DNA from: Nemertoderma westbladi
Taxonomy: Eukaryota; Animalia; Xenacoelomorpha
DNA length: 63,148 bases
Direction of reading: 5' to 3'
Assembly (NCBI GenBank): GCA_032718475.1
Contig: JAUCBJ010003072.1
Coordinates: 1-63,148, forward strand
Below, piece by piece: positions 11,681 through 26,574 of the stretch (the stretch's first letter is position 1; every line of letters begins with the position of its first letter). The notes beneath the pieces were generated by a model. That model did not search any database. It worked only from the letters and a program-made list of their open reading frames with translations, and was not told the origin of the DNA. Position numbers and translations under genes: made by a program.

Positions 11681-13190
11681 TACGAATTTTATTGCTGGGA
11701 CAACTTTATGAATGAAATATTATCCTCGGCCACTAATGCAATAAATTAATATATAGTAATAATTTTTGCAATTTACGTAATTTACGTTTTGTAATTTTCA
11801 ACAAATTTAAATTAAATTTATAGTATATACTGTAATGTTTTTGTTTTGTACTAATTTATTGTGATAAATGCCAATTAATCTCAATTTACTTCTTAGTTCA
11901 ACCTCTTACCTAGATATAACTACTAAAGTTAAATAAGAAACACAATTATGTGCTTATCAACCCCGCGGGATATATGTATTGGTTTTTTTTATTGGTATTA
12001 TTGGTATTGTTTACAAAGATTTTTTGGTAATTTATTATTACCGGTATATATATAATTGTTCATTTAATTTTGTGTGTAAACGCTACGCCGACAATCACTG
12101 CTAACAATGGGAAGTATGAAAATGTATCCTGAGTTCGCGACTCTTGTTTATTGTTTTGGTTAGAATAACCTTCCACTGTAACCCGATCTTTTCTCTTAAT
12201 TGATAATTGACATTAATTTGTTTTAACAATGGTTGTCGGCGTTGGTTGTCGGTTGTCGGCATTTGTACACCCTTTAATTTTGCAGTTGTGTATATTACAA
12301 CAGGGCGATTTCCATTCACTTTAATTTTTTTGTTATAAAACAGTTTTAATTAATGCAAAGTAGCAAATGCCACGCTGTTATCCAACAACCACAGCTGAAT
12401 ATGAAACTGAAACCTGTGCTAATGACTCTCGTTTATTGTTTTGGTTAAAATGACCTTCCGCTGTAACCTGTTCATTTACAATCATTTATAATTAACATTA
12501 ATTAGTGCTAATAATGGTTGTTGGTTGTCGGCCTAGCGTTTACACCTTTGCAACGCCCGCATTTGTATTTAAGTAATAGCGATTTCTTGCACGACGCCAC
12601 TCATTATTTTGTAATTCCAAACAATTTTGTATAAAATATCATATATATATATATACTTATTATTGCGTTTTTCATTTCGTTATTTTCATGTATTTTTATT
12701 TGGTTTCGTTTATCATTTACTTTCAAATGGATTAGAATTACGCACAGGTTACAATAGCAGTTGTCTTACTAAAAACAAATAAACGAGATTTTATTTCCCT
12801 TGCTATTCATTGGTTTTGCTTTGCGATTAAGTAGAGATTTAATAGTTCAATAGTAAATGTTTTATGAAATATAACTTTTTTGTATTTTTTTGTTAATTTG
12901 GATATTTGGGTATTTTTTGTTTTGTTTTGTCCGAATCTGTTGTTTGCATGTGAAAATATCAATAACAGGATAAGTTTGCAGCAGTTGCAGATTCATAATT
13001 AACCATCCTAACACATCCCTTTAAATTTATTAAAGAAATGCGTTTGGACAATCAACAAAATGTTCCACATTGAATAATTCGGATTTGCAAAATCAGACCC
13101 TGCGCTACCCCCCAATCTACCGATGGCTCAGAATAGTTAATATCATATGATGGCACTTTATGGCTTTATTTAACTAAAAAATCATCATTG

Positions 13191-14659
13191 CCATCCACCC
13201 ACCTATCTACCTACCTACCTACCTACCTACCTACCTACCTACCTACCTACCTACCTACCTACCTACCTACCTACCTACCTACCTACCTACCTACCTACCT
13301 ACCTACCTACCTACCTACCTACCTACCTACCTACCTACCTACCTACCTACCTACCTACCTACCTACCTACCTACCTACCTACCTACCTACCTACCTACCT
13401 ACCTACCTACCTACCTACCTACCTACCTACCTACCTACCTACCTACCTACCTACCTACCTACCTACCTACCTACCTACCTACCTACCTACCTACCTACCT
13501 ACCTACCTACCTACCTACCTACCTACCTACCTACCTACCTACCTACCTACCTACCTACCTACCTACCTACCTACCTACCTACCTACCTACCTACCTACCT
13601 ACCTACCTACCTACCTACCTACCTACCTACCTACCTACCTACCTACCTACCTACCTACCTACCTACCTACCTACCTACCTACCTACCTACCTACCTACCT
13701 ACCTACCTACCTACCTACCTACCTACCTACCTACCTACCTACCTACCTACCTACCTACCTACCTACCTACCTACCTACCTACCTACCTACCTACCTACCT
13801 ACCTACCTACCTACCTACCTACCTACCTACCTACCTACCTACCTACCTACCTACCTACCTACCTACCTACCTACCTACCTACCTACCTACCTACCTACCT
13901 ACCTACCTACCTACCTACCTACCTACCTACCTACCTACCTACCTACCTACCTACCTACCTACCTACCTACCTACCTACCTACCTACCTACCTACCTACCT
14001 ACCTACCTACCTACCTACCTACCTACCTACCTACCTACCTACCTACCTACCTACCTACCTACCTACCTACCTACCTACCTACCTACCTACCTACCTACCT
14101 ACCTACCTACCTACCTACCTACCTACCTACCTACCTACCTACCTACCTACCTACCTACCTACCTACCTACCTACCTACCTACCTACCTACCTACCTACCT
14201 ACCTACCTACCTACCTACCTACCTACCTACCTACCTACCTACCTACCTACCTACCTACCTACCTACCTACCTACCTACCTACCTACCTACCTACCTACCT
14301 ACCTACCTACCTACCTACCTACCTACCTACCTACCTACCTACCTACCTACCTACCTACCTACCTACCTACCTACCTACCTACCTACCTACCTACCTACCT
14401 ACCTACCTACCTACCTACCTACCTACCTACCTACCTACCTACCTACCTACCTACCTACCTACCTACCTACCTACCTACCTACCTACCTACCTACCTACCT
14501 ACCTACCTACCTACCTACCTACCTACCTACCTACCTACCTACCTACCTACCTACCTACCTACCTACCTACCTACCTACCTACCTACCTACCTACCTACCT
14601 ACCTACCTACCTACCTACCTACCTACCTACCTACCTACCTACCTACCTACCTACCTACC
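13191..14659. repeat. (CCTA)n/(TAGG)n microsatellite, ~1.45 kb
   Basis: Apparently uninterrupted tetranucleotide array of about 360 units. Confidence 0.99.
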
Positions 14660-15211
14660 AATGGCCCTATAAAGGCAAATTATTATAACTTTTGTTGGGC
14701 ACAGCTTTGCAAAGTCAAAAATGTCGTCCAGGTGGGATCGAACTGGTGACCTCAATGTTTGAAGCTATAAGATTAAGATATATTATCTAGAAATATTGTA
14801 CAATAAATGTTTAATATGTGTACCGGTAGTTTAAATGAATCCGGACACAAATCCCAGTATTTTACACTTTTATACCATGATGAAAACCGCCATACAAATG
14901 ATTTTTTATTAGTTGTATTTACTTTTTTATGACATGTTTATTTAGTTTTTTTTTCTATTTTATGGCAAGTTTAGTTCTTATTTTTTTTATGTTATTTGTT
15001 TAAATCCATAAATATTAATAATTAATAAAGTGCTTAGAAAATTTATATTTATTAAACAGCCCTAAATATTTAATTACTAGTAAAAATAATAAACTATAGA
15101 ACAATATTTGTAAAGGCAAGTGGCGAATATGACCATTACCTTATATACCTAAAATATTCCAGAAACCAAAGTAGCACAGCATACACAATAACCAAATGTG
15201 GACTGGTCTTG

Positions 15212-15775
15212 GGTGAGAAAAGTAAATAGCGTGACCCTGCACCTGTGTGAGACAAGTGAATAGCGTGACCCCGCGCCCTTGTGAGACAAGTGAATAGCGT
15301 GACCCCGCGCTGGGTGTGACAAGTGAATAGCGTGACCCCGCGCCCGGGTGAGCCCAGTGATAGCATGACCCCGCGTCTGGTTGAGACAAGTGAATACCTT
15401 GACCCCGTGCCCGGGTGAGACAAGTGAATAGCGTGACACCGCGCCCGGGTGAGACAAGTGAATACTGTGACCCCGCGCCGGGTGAGACAGTGAATAGCGT
15501 GTGAGTAGCGTATCCCTGCGCCTGGGTGTGACAAGAGAATAGCCTAACCCCACGCCCGGGTGAGACAAGTGAATAGCGTGACCCTGCGCCCGGGTGAGAC
15601 ATGTGAATAGTGTGACACCGCGCCTGGGTCAGACAAGTGAATAGCGTGACCCTGCGTCCGGGTGAGACATGTGAATAGCGTGACACCGCGCCTGGATGAG
15701 ACAAGTGAATTGCGTGAACCTGCGCCCAGGTGAGACATGTGAGTAGCGTAACCCCGCACCTGAGTGTGACAGGTG
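15212..15775. repeat. Satellite A block 1 (34-bp CpG-rich unit)
   Basis: GCGTGACCCCGCGCCCGGGTGAGACAAGTGAATA tandem copies. Confidence 0.95.
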
Positions 15776-16975
15776 GTATGAATTGGCAAAGCATTATACA
15801 CATGTAAGGGCAAACATACACTCACCTCATACTTGTGCAATATATTAAAGTGGATCGAAACATATTGTTATATGAATTGGCAAAGCATTCTACACAAGTA
15901 CGGACAAACATACACTCACCTCATCATACATGGCAAAATATGAAAGTAGAGCAAAATGGATTGTAGTATGAATTGGCAAAGCATTCTACACAAGTACGGG
16001 CAAACATACACTCACCTCATACCTGGCAAAATGTGAAAGTGAAGCAAAATGGATTGTAGTATGAATTGGCAAAGCATACTGCACAAGCACGGACAAACAT
16101 ACACTCACCTCATTATACATGGCAAAATATGAAAGTAGAGCAAAATGGATTGTGGTATGAATTGGCAAAGCATTCTACACAAGTACGGGCAAACATACAC
16201 TCACCTCATACATGACAAAATGTGAAAGTGAAGCAAAATGGATTGTAGTATGAATTGGCAAAGCATACTGCACAAGCACGGACAAACATACACTCACCTC
16301 ATCATACATGGCAAACTATGAAAGTGAAGCAAAATGAATTGTGGCATGAATTGGCAAAGCATTTTACACAAGTACGGGCACACATACACTCACCTCATAA
16401 ATGGCAAAATGTGAAAATGGAGCAAAATGGATTGTGGTATGAATTGGCAAAGCATTCTACACAAGTACGGGCAAACATACACTCACCTCATACATGGCAA
16501 ACTATGAAAGTGGAGCAAAATGGATTGTGGTATGAATTGGCAAAGCATTCTACACAAGTACGGGCAAATATACACTTATCTCATACTTGGGCAAAATATG
16601 AAGGTGGAGCAAAATGGATTGTGGTATGAATTGGCATAGCATTCTACACAAGTACGGGCAAATATACACTTATCTCATACTTGGGCAAAATATGAAGGTG
16701 GAGCAAAATGGATTGTGGTATGAATTGGCAAAGCATTCTACACAAGTACGGGCAAACATACACTCACCTCATACATGGCAAAATATGAAAGTGGAGCAAA
16801 ATGGATTGTGGTATGAATTGGCAAAGCATTCTACACAAGTACGGGCAAACATACACTCACCTCATACATGGCAAAATATGAAAGTGGAGCAAAATGGATT
16901 GTGGTATGAATTGGCATAGCATTCTACACAAGTACGGGCAAATATACACTTATCTCATACTTGGGCAAAATATGC
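15776..16975. repeat. Satellite B block 1 (~93-bp unit)
   Basis: GGCAAAATATGAAAGTGGAGCAAAATGGATTGTGGTATGAATTGGCAAAGCATTCTACACAAGTACGGGCAAACATACACTCACCTCATACAT tandem copies. Confidence 0.95.
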
Positions 16976-17030
16976 AAGGTGGCAGCAACACATCGGCCCA
17001 CTCCCTCGTGGCTATGAATTGGCCATCCCA

Positions 17031-20000
17031 CGGACTGGTCTTAGAAGGGGAGACATTATTAATGGTAGATTGTATGGAAGAGGTTAAAATATACCAGAAC
17101 GCAGGTGGCACAGCATACACAATAACCATAAGTGGACTGGTCTTACAAGGGGAGACATTATTAATGGTAGATTGCATAGAATATGATAAAATATTCTAGA
17201 ACACAGATGGCACAGCATACACAATAACCACAAGTGGACTGGTCTTGGATGAGGAGACATTATTAATGGTAGATTGTATGAAAGAGGTTAAAATATACCA
17301 GAACGCAGGTGGCACAGCATACACAATAACCACAAGTGGACTGGTCTTAGAAGGGGAGACATTATTAATGGTAGATTGTATGGAAGAGGTTAAAATATAC
17401 CAGAACGCAGGTGGCACAGCATACACAATAACCACAAGTGGACTGGTCTTACAAGGGGAGACATTATTAATGGTAGATTGCATAGAATATGATAAAATAT
17501 TCTAGAACACAGATGGCACAGCATACACAATAACCACAAGTGGACTGGTCTTAGAAGGGGAGACATTATTAATGGTAGATTGTATGAAAGAGGTTAAAAT
17601 ATACCAGAACGCAGGTGGCACAGCATACACAATAACCACAAGTGGACTGGTCTTGGAAGAGGAGACATTATTAATGGTAGATTGTATGAAAGAGGTTAAA
17701 ATATACCAGAACACAGATGGCACAGCATACACAATAACCACTAAGTGGACTGGTCTTAGAAGGGGAGACATTATTAATGGTAGATTGTATGGAAGAGGTT
17801 AAAATATTCCAGAACGCAGGTGGCACAGCATACACAATAACCACAACTGGACTGGTCTTGGAAGAGGAGACATTATTAATGGTAGATTGTATGAAAGAGG
17901 TTAAAATATACCAGAACGCAGGTGGCACAGCATACACAATAACCACAAGTGGACTGGTCTTACAAGAGGAGACATTATTAATGGTAGATTGTATGAAAGA
18001 GGTTAAAATATACCAGAACGCAGGTGGCACAGCATACCCAATAACCACAAGTGGACTGGTCTTGGAAGAGGAGACATTATTTATGGTAGATTGTATGAAA
18101 GAGGTTAAAATATACCAGAACGCAGGTGGCACAGCATACACAATAACCACAAGTGGACTGGTCTTGGAAGAGGAGACATTATTAATGGTAGATTGTATGG
18201 AAGAGGTTAAAATATTCTAGAACACAGATGGCACAGCATACACAATAACCACAAGTGGACTGGTCTTAGAAGGGGAGACATTATTAATGGTAGATTGTAT
18301 GAAAGAGGTTAAAATATACCAGAACGCAGGTGGCACAGCATACCCAATAACCACAAGTGGACTGGTCTTGGAAGAGGAGACATTATTTATGGTAGATTGT
18401 ATGAAAGAGGTTAAAATATACCAGAACGCAGGTGGCACAGCATACCCAATAACCACTAAGTGGACTGGTCTTAGAAGGGGAGACATTATTAATGGTAGAT
18501 TGTATGGAAGAGGTTAAAATATTCTAGAACACAGATGGCACAGCATACACAATAACCACAAGTGGACTGGTCTTAGAAGGGGAGACATTATTAATGGTAG
18601 ATTGTATGAAAGAGGTTAAAATATACCAGAACGCAGGTGGCACAGCATACACAATAACCACAAGTGGACTGGTCTTGGAAGAGGAGACATTATTAATGGT
18701 AGATTGTATGAAAGAGGTTAAAATATACCAGAACGCAGGTGGCACAGCATACACAATAACCACAAGTGGACTGGTCTTAGAAGAGGAGACATTATTAATG
18801 GTAGATTGTATGAAAGAAGTTAAAATATACCAGAACGCAGGTGGCACAGCATGCACAATAACCACAAGTGGACTGGTCTTGGAAGAGGAGACATTATTTA
18901 TGGTAGATTGTATGAAAGAGGTTAAAATATTCCAGAACGCAGGTGGCACAGCATACACAATAACCAGAAGTGGACTGGTCTTGGAAGAGGAGACATTATT
19001 AATGGTAGATTGCATAGAATATGATAAAATATTCTAGAACACAGATGGCACAGCATACACAATAACCACAAGTGGACTGGTCTTAGAAGGGGAGACATTA
19101 TTAATGGTAGATTGTATGAAAGAGGTTAAAATATACCAGAACGCAGGTGGCACAGCATACACAATAACCATAAGTGGACTGGTCTTAGAAGAGGAGATAT
19201 TATTAATGGTAGATTGTATGAAAGAGGTTAAAATATACCAGAACGCAGGTGGCACAGCATACACAATAACCATAAGTGGACTGGTCTTAGAAGAGGAGAT
19301 ATTATTAATGGTAGATTGTATGAAAGAGGTTAAAATATACCAGAACGCAGGTGGCACAGCATACACAATAACCACAAGTGGACTGGTCTTAGAAGGGGAG
19401 ACATTATTAATGGTAGATTGTATGAAAGAGGTTAAAATATTCCAGAACGCAGGTGGCACAGCATACCCAATAACCACAAGTGGACTGGTCTTGGAAGAGG
19501 AGACATTATTAATGGTAGATTGTATGAAAGAGGTTAAAATATACCAGAACGCAGGTGGCACAGCATACACAATAACCACAAGTGGACTGGTCTTGGAAGA
19601 GGAGACATTATTAATGGTAGATTGTATGAAAGAGGTTAAAATATACCAGAACACAGATGGCACAGCATACACAATAACCACAAGTGGACTGGTCTTGGAA
19701 GAGGAGACATTATTAATGGTAGATTGTATGAAAGAGGTTAAAATATACCAGAACACAGATGGCACAGCATACACAATAACCACAAGTGGACTGGTCTTAG
19801 AAGGGGAGACATTATTAATGGTAGATTGTATGAAAGAGGTTAAAATATTCCAGAACGCAGGTGGCACAGCATACCCAATAACCACAAGTGGACTGGTCTT
19901 GGAAGAGGAGACATTATTAATGGTAGATTGTATGAAAGAGGTTAAAATATACCAGAACGCAGGTGGCACAGCATACACAATAACCACAAGTGGACTGGTC

Positions 20001-22345
20001 TTGGAAGAGGAGACATTATTAATGGTAGATTGTATGAAAGAGGTTAAAATATTCCAGAACGCAGGTGGCACAGCATACACAATAACCATAAGTGGACTGG
20101 TCTTAGAAGAGGAGATATTATTAATGGTAGATTGTATGAAAGAGGTTAAAATATACCAGAACGCAGGTGGCACAGCATACACAATAACCATAAGTGGACT
20201 GGTCTTAGAAGAGGAGACATTATTAATGGTAGATTGTATGAAAGAGGTTAAAATATTCCAGAACGCAGGTGGCACAGCATACACAATAACCATAAGTGGA
20301 CTGGTCTTAGAAGAGGAGACATTATTAATGGTAGATTGTATGAAAGAGGTTAAAATATACCAGAACGCAGGTGGCACAGCATACACAATAACCACAAGTG
20401 GACTGGTCTTGGAAGAGGAGACATTATTAATGGTAGATTGTATGAAAGAGGTTAAAATATTCCAGAACGCAGGTGGCACAGCATACCCAATAACCACAAG
20501 TGGACTGGTCTTGGAAGAGGAGACATTATTAATGGTAGATTGTATGAAAGAGGTTAAAATATTCCAGAACGCAGGTGGCACAGCATACCCAATAACCATA
20601 AGTGGACTGGTCTTGGAAGAGGAGACATTATTAATGGTAGATTGTATGAAAGAGGTTAAAATATACCAGAACGCAGGTGGCACAGCATACACAATAACCA
20701 CAAGTGGACTGGTCTTAGAAGGGGAGACATTATTAATGGTAGATTGTATGAAAGAGGTTAAAATATACCAGAACGCAGGTGGCACAGCATACACAATAAC
20801 CACAAGTGGACTGGTCTTAGAAGGGGAGACATTATTAATGGTAGATTGTATGAAAGAGGTTAAAATATTCCAGAACGCAGGTGGCACAGCATACCCAATA
20901 ACCACAAGTGGACTGGTCTTGGAAGAGGAGACATTATTAATGGTAGATTGTATGAAAGAGGTTAAAATATACCAGAACGCAGGTGGCACAGCATACACAA
21001 TAACCACAAGTGGACTGGTCTTAGAAGGGGAGACATTATTAATGGTAGATTGTATGAAAGAGGTTAAAATATTCCAGAACGCAGGTGGCACAGCATACCC
21101 AATAACCACAAGTGGACTGGTCTTGGAAGAGGAGACATTATTAATGGTAGATTGTATGAAAGAGGTTAAAATATTCCAGAACGCAGGTGGCACAGCATAC
21201 CCAATAACCACAAGTGGACTGGTCTTGGAAGAGGAGACATTATTAATGGTAGATTGTATGAAAGAGGTTAAAATATACCAGAACGCAGGTGGCACAGCAT
21301 ACACAATAACCACAAGTGGACTGGTCTTGGAAGAGGAGACATTATTTATGGTAGATTGTATGAAAGAGGTTAAAATATTCCAGAACGCAGGTGGCACAGC
21401 ATACCCAATAACCACAAGTGGACTGGTCTTGGAAGAGGAGACATTATTAATGGTAGATTGTATGAAAGAGGTTAAAATATACCAGAACACAGATGGCACA
21501 GCATACACAATAACCACAAGTGGACTGGTCTTACAAGGGGAGACATTATTAATGGTAGATTGCATAGAATATGATAAAATATTCTAGAACACAGATGGCA
21601 CAGCATACAATAACCACAAGTGGACTGGTCTTAGAAGGGGAGACATTATTAATGGTAGATTGTATGGAAGAGGTTAAAATATACCAGAACACAGGTGGCA
21701 CAGCATACACAATAACCTCAAGTGGACTGGTCTTGAACGAGGAAACATTATTAATGGTAGATTGTATGAAAGAGGTTAAAATATTCCAGAACGCAGGTGG
21801 CACAGCATACCCAATAACCATACGTGGACTGGTCTTACAAGGGGAGACATTATTAATGGTAGATTGCATAGAATATGATAAAATATTCCAGAACACAAGT
21901 GGCACAGGATACACAATAACAACAAGTGGACTGATCTTGAAAGAGGAAACATTTATTAATTTGTAGATTGTATAGAAGAGGGTAAAATATTCCAGAACGC
22001 AGGTGGCCCAGCATACACAATAACCACAAGTGGACTGATCTTGAAAGAGGAAACATTTATTAATTTGTAGATTGTATAGAATATGATAAAATATTCCAGA
22101 ACACAAGTGGCACAGCCTACACAATAACCACAACTGGACTGATCTTGGAAGTGGAAACATTTATTATAATTGGTAGATTGTTTAGAAGATGATAAAATAG
22201 TACAGAACATAAGTGGCACAGCGTACATTATAACCACAACTGCACTGGTCTTGGAAGAGGAAAGATTTATTCAAATTGGTTGATTGTATATAAGTTGATA
22301 AAATATTCCAGAACACAAGTGGCGCAGCATACACAACAACCACTA
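17031..22345. repeat. Satellite C block 1 (102-bp unit, ~52 copies)
   Basis: GGACTGGTCTTGGAAGAGGAGACATTATTAATGGTAGATTG...GGCACAGCATACACAATAACCACAAGT tandem copies, homogeneous in the centre and diverged toward the right edge. Confidence 0.97.
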
Positions 22346-22364
22346 GCAGAATGGTCTGAAAGAG

Positions 22365-24651
22365 GGTCAAAATATTTAGTGGTGAGCAAATTAATTGTGG
22401 CAAAATTGGTAATTAATTCTACACAAGTACAGGAAAGCATACACTCACCTCATACATGGCAAAATGAAATGTGAAAATGGAGCAAAATGGATTGTGGTAT
22501 GAATTGGCAAAGCATTCTACACAAGTACGGGCAAACATACACTCACCTCATACATGGCAAACTATGAAAGTGAAGCAAAATGGATTGTGGCATGAATTGG
22601 CAAAGCATTTTACACAAGTACGGGCAAACATACACTCACCTCATAAATGGCAAAATGTGAAAATGGAGCAAAATGGATTGTAGTATGAATTAGCAAAGCA
22701 TTCTTCACAAATACGGGCAAACATACACTCACCTCATACATGGCAAAATATTAATATGGATCTAAATGGATTGTGGTATGAATTGGCAAAGTATTCTACA
22801 CAAGTACGGGCAAACATACACTCACCTCATACTTGGGCAAAATATGAATGTGGAGCAAAATGGATTGTGGTATGAATTGGCAAAGCATTCTACACAAGTA
22901 CGGGCAAACATACACTCACCTCATACATGGCAAACTATGAAAATGAAGCAAAATGGATTGTGGCATGAATTGGCAAAGCATTTTTCACAAGTACGGGCAA
23001 ACATACACTCACCTCATAAATGGCAAAATGTGAAAATGGAGCAAAATGGATTGTGGTATGAATTGGTAAAGCATTCTACACAAGTATGGGAAAACATACA
23101 CTCATCTCATACTTGGGCAAAATATGAAAGTGGAGCAAAATGGATTGTGGTATGAATTGGCAAAGCATTCTACACAAGTACGGGCAAACATACACTCACC
23201 TCATACTTGGGCAAAATATGAAAGGGGAGCAAAATGGATTGTGGTATGAATTGGCAAAGCATTCTACACAAGTACGGGCAAACATACACTCACCTCATAC
23301 ATGGCAAACTATGAAAATGAAGCAAAATGGATTGTGGCATGAATTGGCAAAGCATTTTTCACAAGTACGGGCAAACATACACTCACCTCATACATGGCAA
23401 AATGTGAAAATGGAGCAAAATGGATTGTGGTATGAATTGGCAAAGCATTCTACACAAGTACGGGAAAACATACACTCATCGCATAAATGGCAAAATGTGA
23501 AAATGGAGCAAAATGGATTGTGGTATGAATTGGCAAAGCATTCTACACAAGTACGGGAAAACATACACTCATCTCATACTTGGGCAAAATATGAAAGTGG
23601 AGCAAAATGGATTGTGGTATGAATTGGCAAAGCATTCTACACAAGTACGGGCTAACATACACTCACCTCATACTTGGGCAAAATATTAATATGGATCAAA
23701 ATGGATTTGGGTATGAATTGTCAAAAGCATTATTTCTACACAAATACGGGCAAACATACACTCACCTCATACTTGGGCAAAATATTAAAGTGGATCGAAA
23801 CAGATTGTAGTATGAATAGGCAAAGCATTCTACACTAGTACGGGCAAACATACACTCACCTCATAAATGGCAAAATGTGAAAATGGAGCAAAATGGATTG
23901 TGGTATGAATTGGCAAAGCATTCTACACAAGTACGGGCTAACATACACTCACCTCATACTTGGGCAAAATATTAATATGGATCAAAATGGATTTGGGTAT
24001 GAATTGTCAAAAGCATTATTTCTACACAAATACGGGCAAACATACACTCACCTCATACTTGGGCAAAATATTAAAGTGGATCGAAACAGATTGTAGTATG
24101 AATAGGCAAAGCATTCTACACTAGTACGGGCAAACATACACTCACCTCATAAATGGCAAAATGTGAAAATGGAGCAAAATGGATTGTGGTATGAATTGGC
24201 AAAGCATTCTACACTAGTACGGGCAAACATACACTCACCTCATAAATGGCAAAATGTGAAAATGGAGCAAAATGGATTGTGGTATGAATTGGCAAAACAT
24301 TCTACACAAGTACGGGCTAACATACACTCACCTCATACTTGGGCAAAATATTAATATGGTTCAAAATGGAATTGGGTATGAATTGTCAAAAGCATTATTT
24401 CTACACAAATACGGGCAACATACACTCACCTCATACTTGGGCAAAATATTAAAGTGGATCGAAACAGATTGTAGTATGAATAGGCAAAGCATTCTACACT
24501 AGTACGGGCAAACATACACTCACCTCATAAATGGCAAAATGTGAAAATGGAGCAAAATGGATTGTGGTATGAATTGGCAAAACATTCTACACAAGTACGG
24601 GCAAACATACACTCACCTCATCATACATGGCAAAATATGAAAGTAGAGCAA
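22365..24651. repeat. Satellite B block 2
   Basis: Same ~93-bp unit as 15776-16975, with an internal three-monomer (~286 bp) duplication (identical ORFs at 23607 and 23893). Confidence 0.95.
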
Positions 24652-25955
24652 ACAATAACCACAACTGGACTGGTCTTAGAAGGGGAGACATTTATTAATT
24701 TGTGGATTGTGTATGTATAGAAGAGGATAAAATATTCCAGAACACAAGTGGCACAGCATTCACAAAAACCACAATTGGACTGATCTTGGAAGTGGAAACA
24801 TTTATTATAATTGGTGGATTGTTTAGAAGATGATAAAATATTCCAGAACACAAGTGGCACAGCCTACACAATAACCACAATTGGACTGGGCTTGAAAGAG
24901 GAGACATTTATTAATTTGTGGATTGTATGTATAGAAGATTATAAAATATTCCAGAACACAAGTGGCACAGCCTACACAATAACCACAACTGGACTGGGCT
25001 TGAAAGAGGAGACATTTATTAATTTGTGGATTGTATGTATAGAAGATGATAAAATATTCCAGAACACAAGTGGCACAGCCTACACAATAACCACAACTGG
25101 ACTGGGCTTGAAAGAGGAGACATTTATTAATTTGTGGATTGTATGTATAGAAGATGATAAAATATTCCGGAACACAAGTGGCACAGCATACACAATAACC
25201 ACTAAGTGGACTGGTCTTGAAAGAGGAGACATTTATTAATTTGTAGATTGTATAGAAGAGGATAAAATATTCCAGAACGCAGGTGGCACAGCATACACAA
25301 TAACCACAAGTGGACTGATCTTGAACGAGGAAACATTATTAACTGTAAATTGTATGAAAGAGGTTAAAATATTCCAGAACACAGGTGGCACAGCATACAC
25401 AATAACCATAAGTGGACTGGTCTTGAACGAGGAAACATTATTAATGGTAGATTGTATGAAAGAGGTTAAAATATACCAGAACGCAGGTGGCACAGCATAC
25501 ACAATAACCATAAGTGGACTGGTCTTGAACGAGGAAACATTATTAACTGTAAATTGTATGAAAGAGGTTAAAATATTCCAGAACGCGGGTGGCACAGCAT
25601 ACACAATAACCATAAGTGGACTGGTCTTAGAAGGGGAGACATTATTAATGGTAGATTGCATAGAATATGATAAAATATTCTAGAACACAGATGGCACAGC
25701 ATACACAATAACCACAACTGGACTGGTCTTGAACGAGGAAAGATTATTAATGGTAGATTGTATGAAAGAGGTTAAAATATTCCAGAACACAGGTGGCACA
25801 GCATACACAATAACCACTAAGTGGACTGGTCTTGGATGAGGAAACATTTATTAATTTGTAGATTGTATAGAAGAGGATAAAATATTACAGAACACAGGTG
25901 GCACAGCATACACAATAACCACAAGTAGACTGGGTCTAGAAAAGGACACATCATT
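24652..25955. repeat. Satellite C block 2
   Basis: 102-110 bp variants of the satellite C unit. Confidence 0.93.
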
Positions 25956-26574
25956 AATTGGCCGGACACACATACAGCATTTTGTACTAATTTTACAACT
26001 TGACAAGCCGGCATACAAATCTCATGTTGGTTTTATTACTATTTTTTTATATTTCTTTTCTATTTTATGTTTGGTTATTTAAGTTATATTTTTATTCTTT
26101 ATTATTATTTATTTCTATATATATATATAATTTATTGACTTGTGGCAATAACAAAATGATCACTAGAACCCCGAAAATGAAACAAATGATATTAACAACT
26201 GCAAAATCATAATAATTAATTTAGAGTACATTAATAGCTTTAATCTGCCTTAAGTCCAGATATATTGTCATAAAAGTCGGGCTCATAAAAAATATTAAAA
26301 CAACTTAAAAAAAATAACTGCCAATTAATTGATATAACTATATATATATATACATAAATATTCATAATTAATAAAGTGTTTAGAATATTTAAGTAGGCCT
26401 AAATATCAAAATATGAATAACCAGTAAGAAAATAATAAACTTATAGAACAATATTTTAAATAACAAGTGGCGAAACGTTAAATTTCCTTATATATACCTA
26501 AAATATTTCAGAACCCAAGTATGGCACAGCATACACAATAACCAAATGTGGAATGAATGCTCTTGAAAGATGAT

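Noticed and set aside
13191-14659. Telomeric repeat
   Set aside because: The unit is TAGG, not TTAGG or TTAGGG, and the tract is interstitial.
13188-14672. 494-aa PTYL-repeat ORF
   Set aside because: Translation of the (CCTA)n microsatellite; no real start or complexity.
14720-14775. tRNA gene or tRNA-derived SINE
   Set aside because: Only a B-box-like motif; the T-stem does not pair and no A-box or cloverleaf is visible.
19034-21587. 843-aa and 827-aa ORFs on opposite strands
   Set aside because: Artefact of a stop-free 102-bp monomer. Neighbouring monomers carry stops and frameshifts, with no sign of coding constraint.
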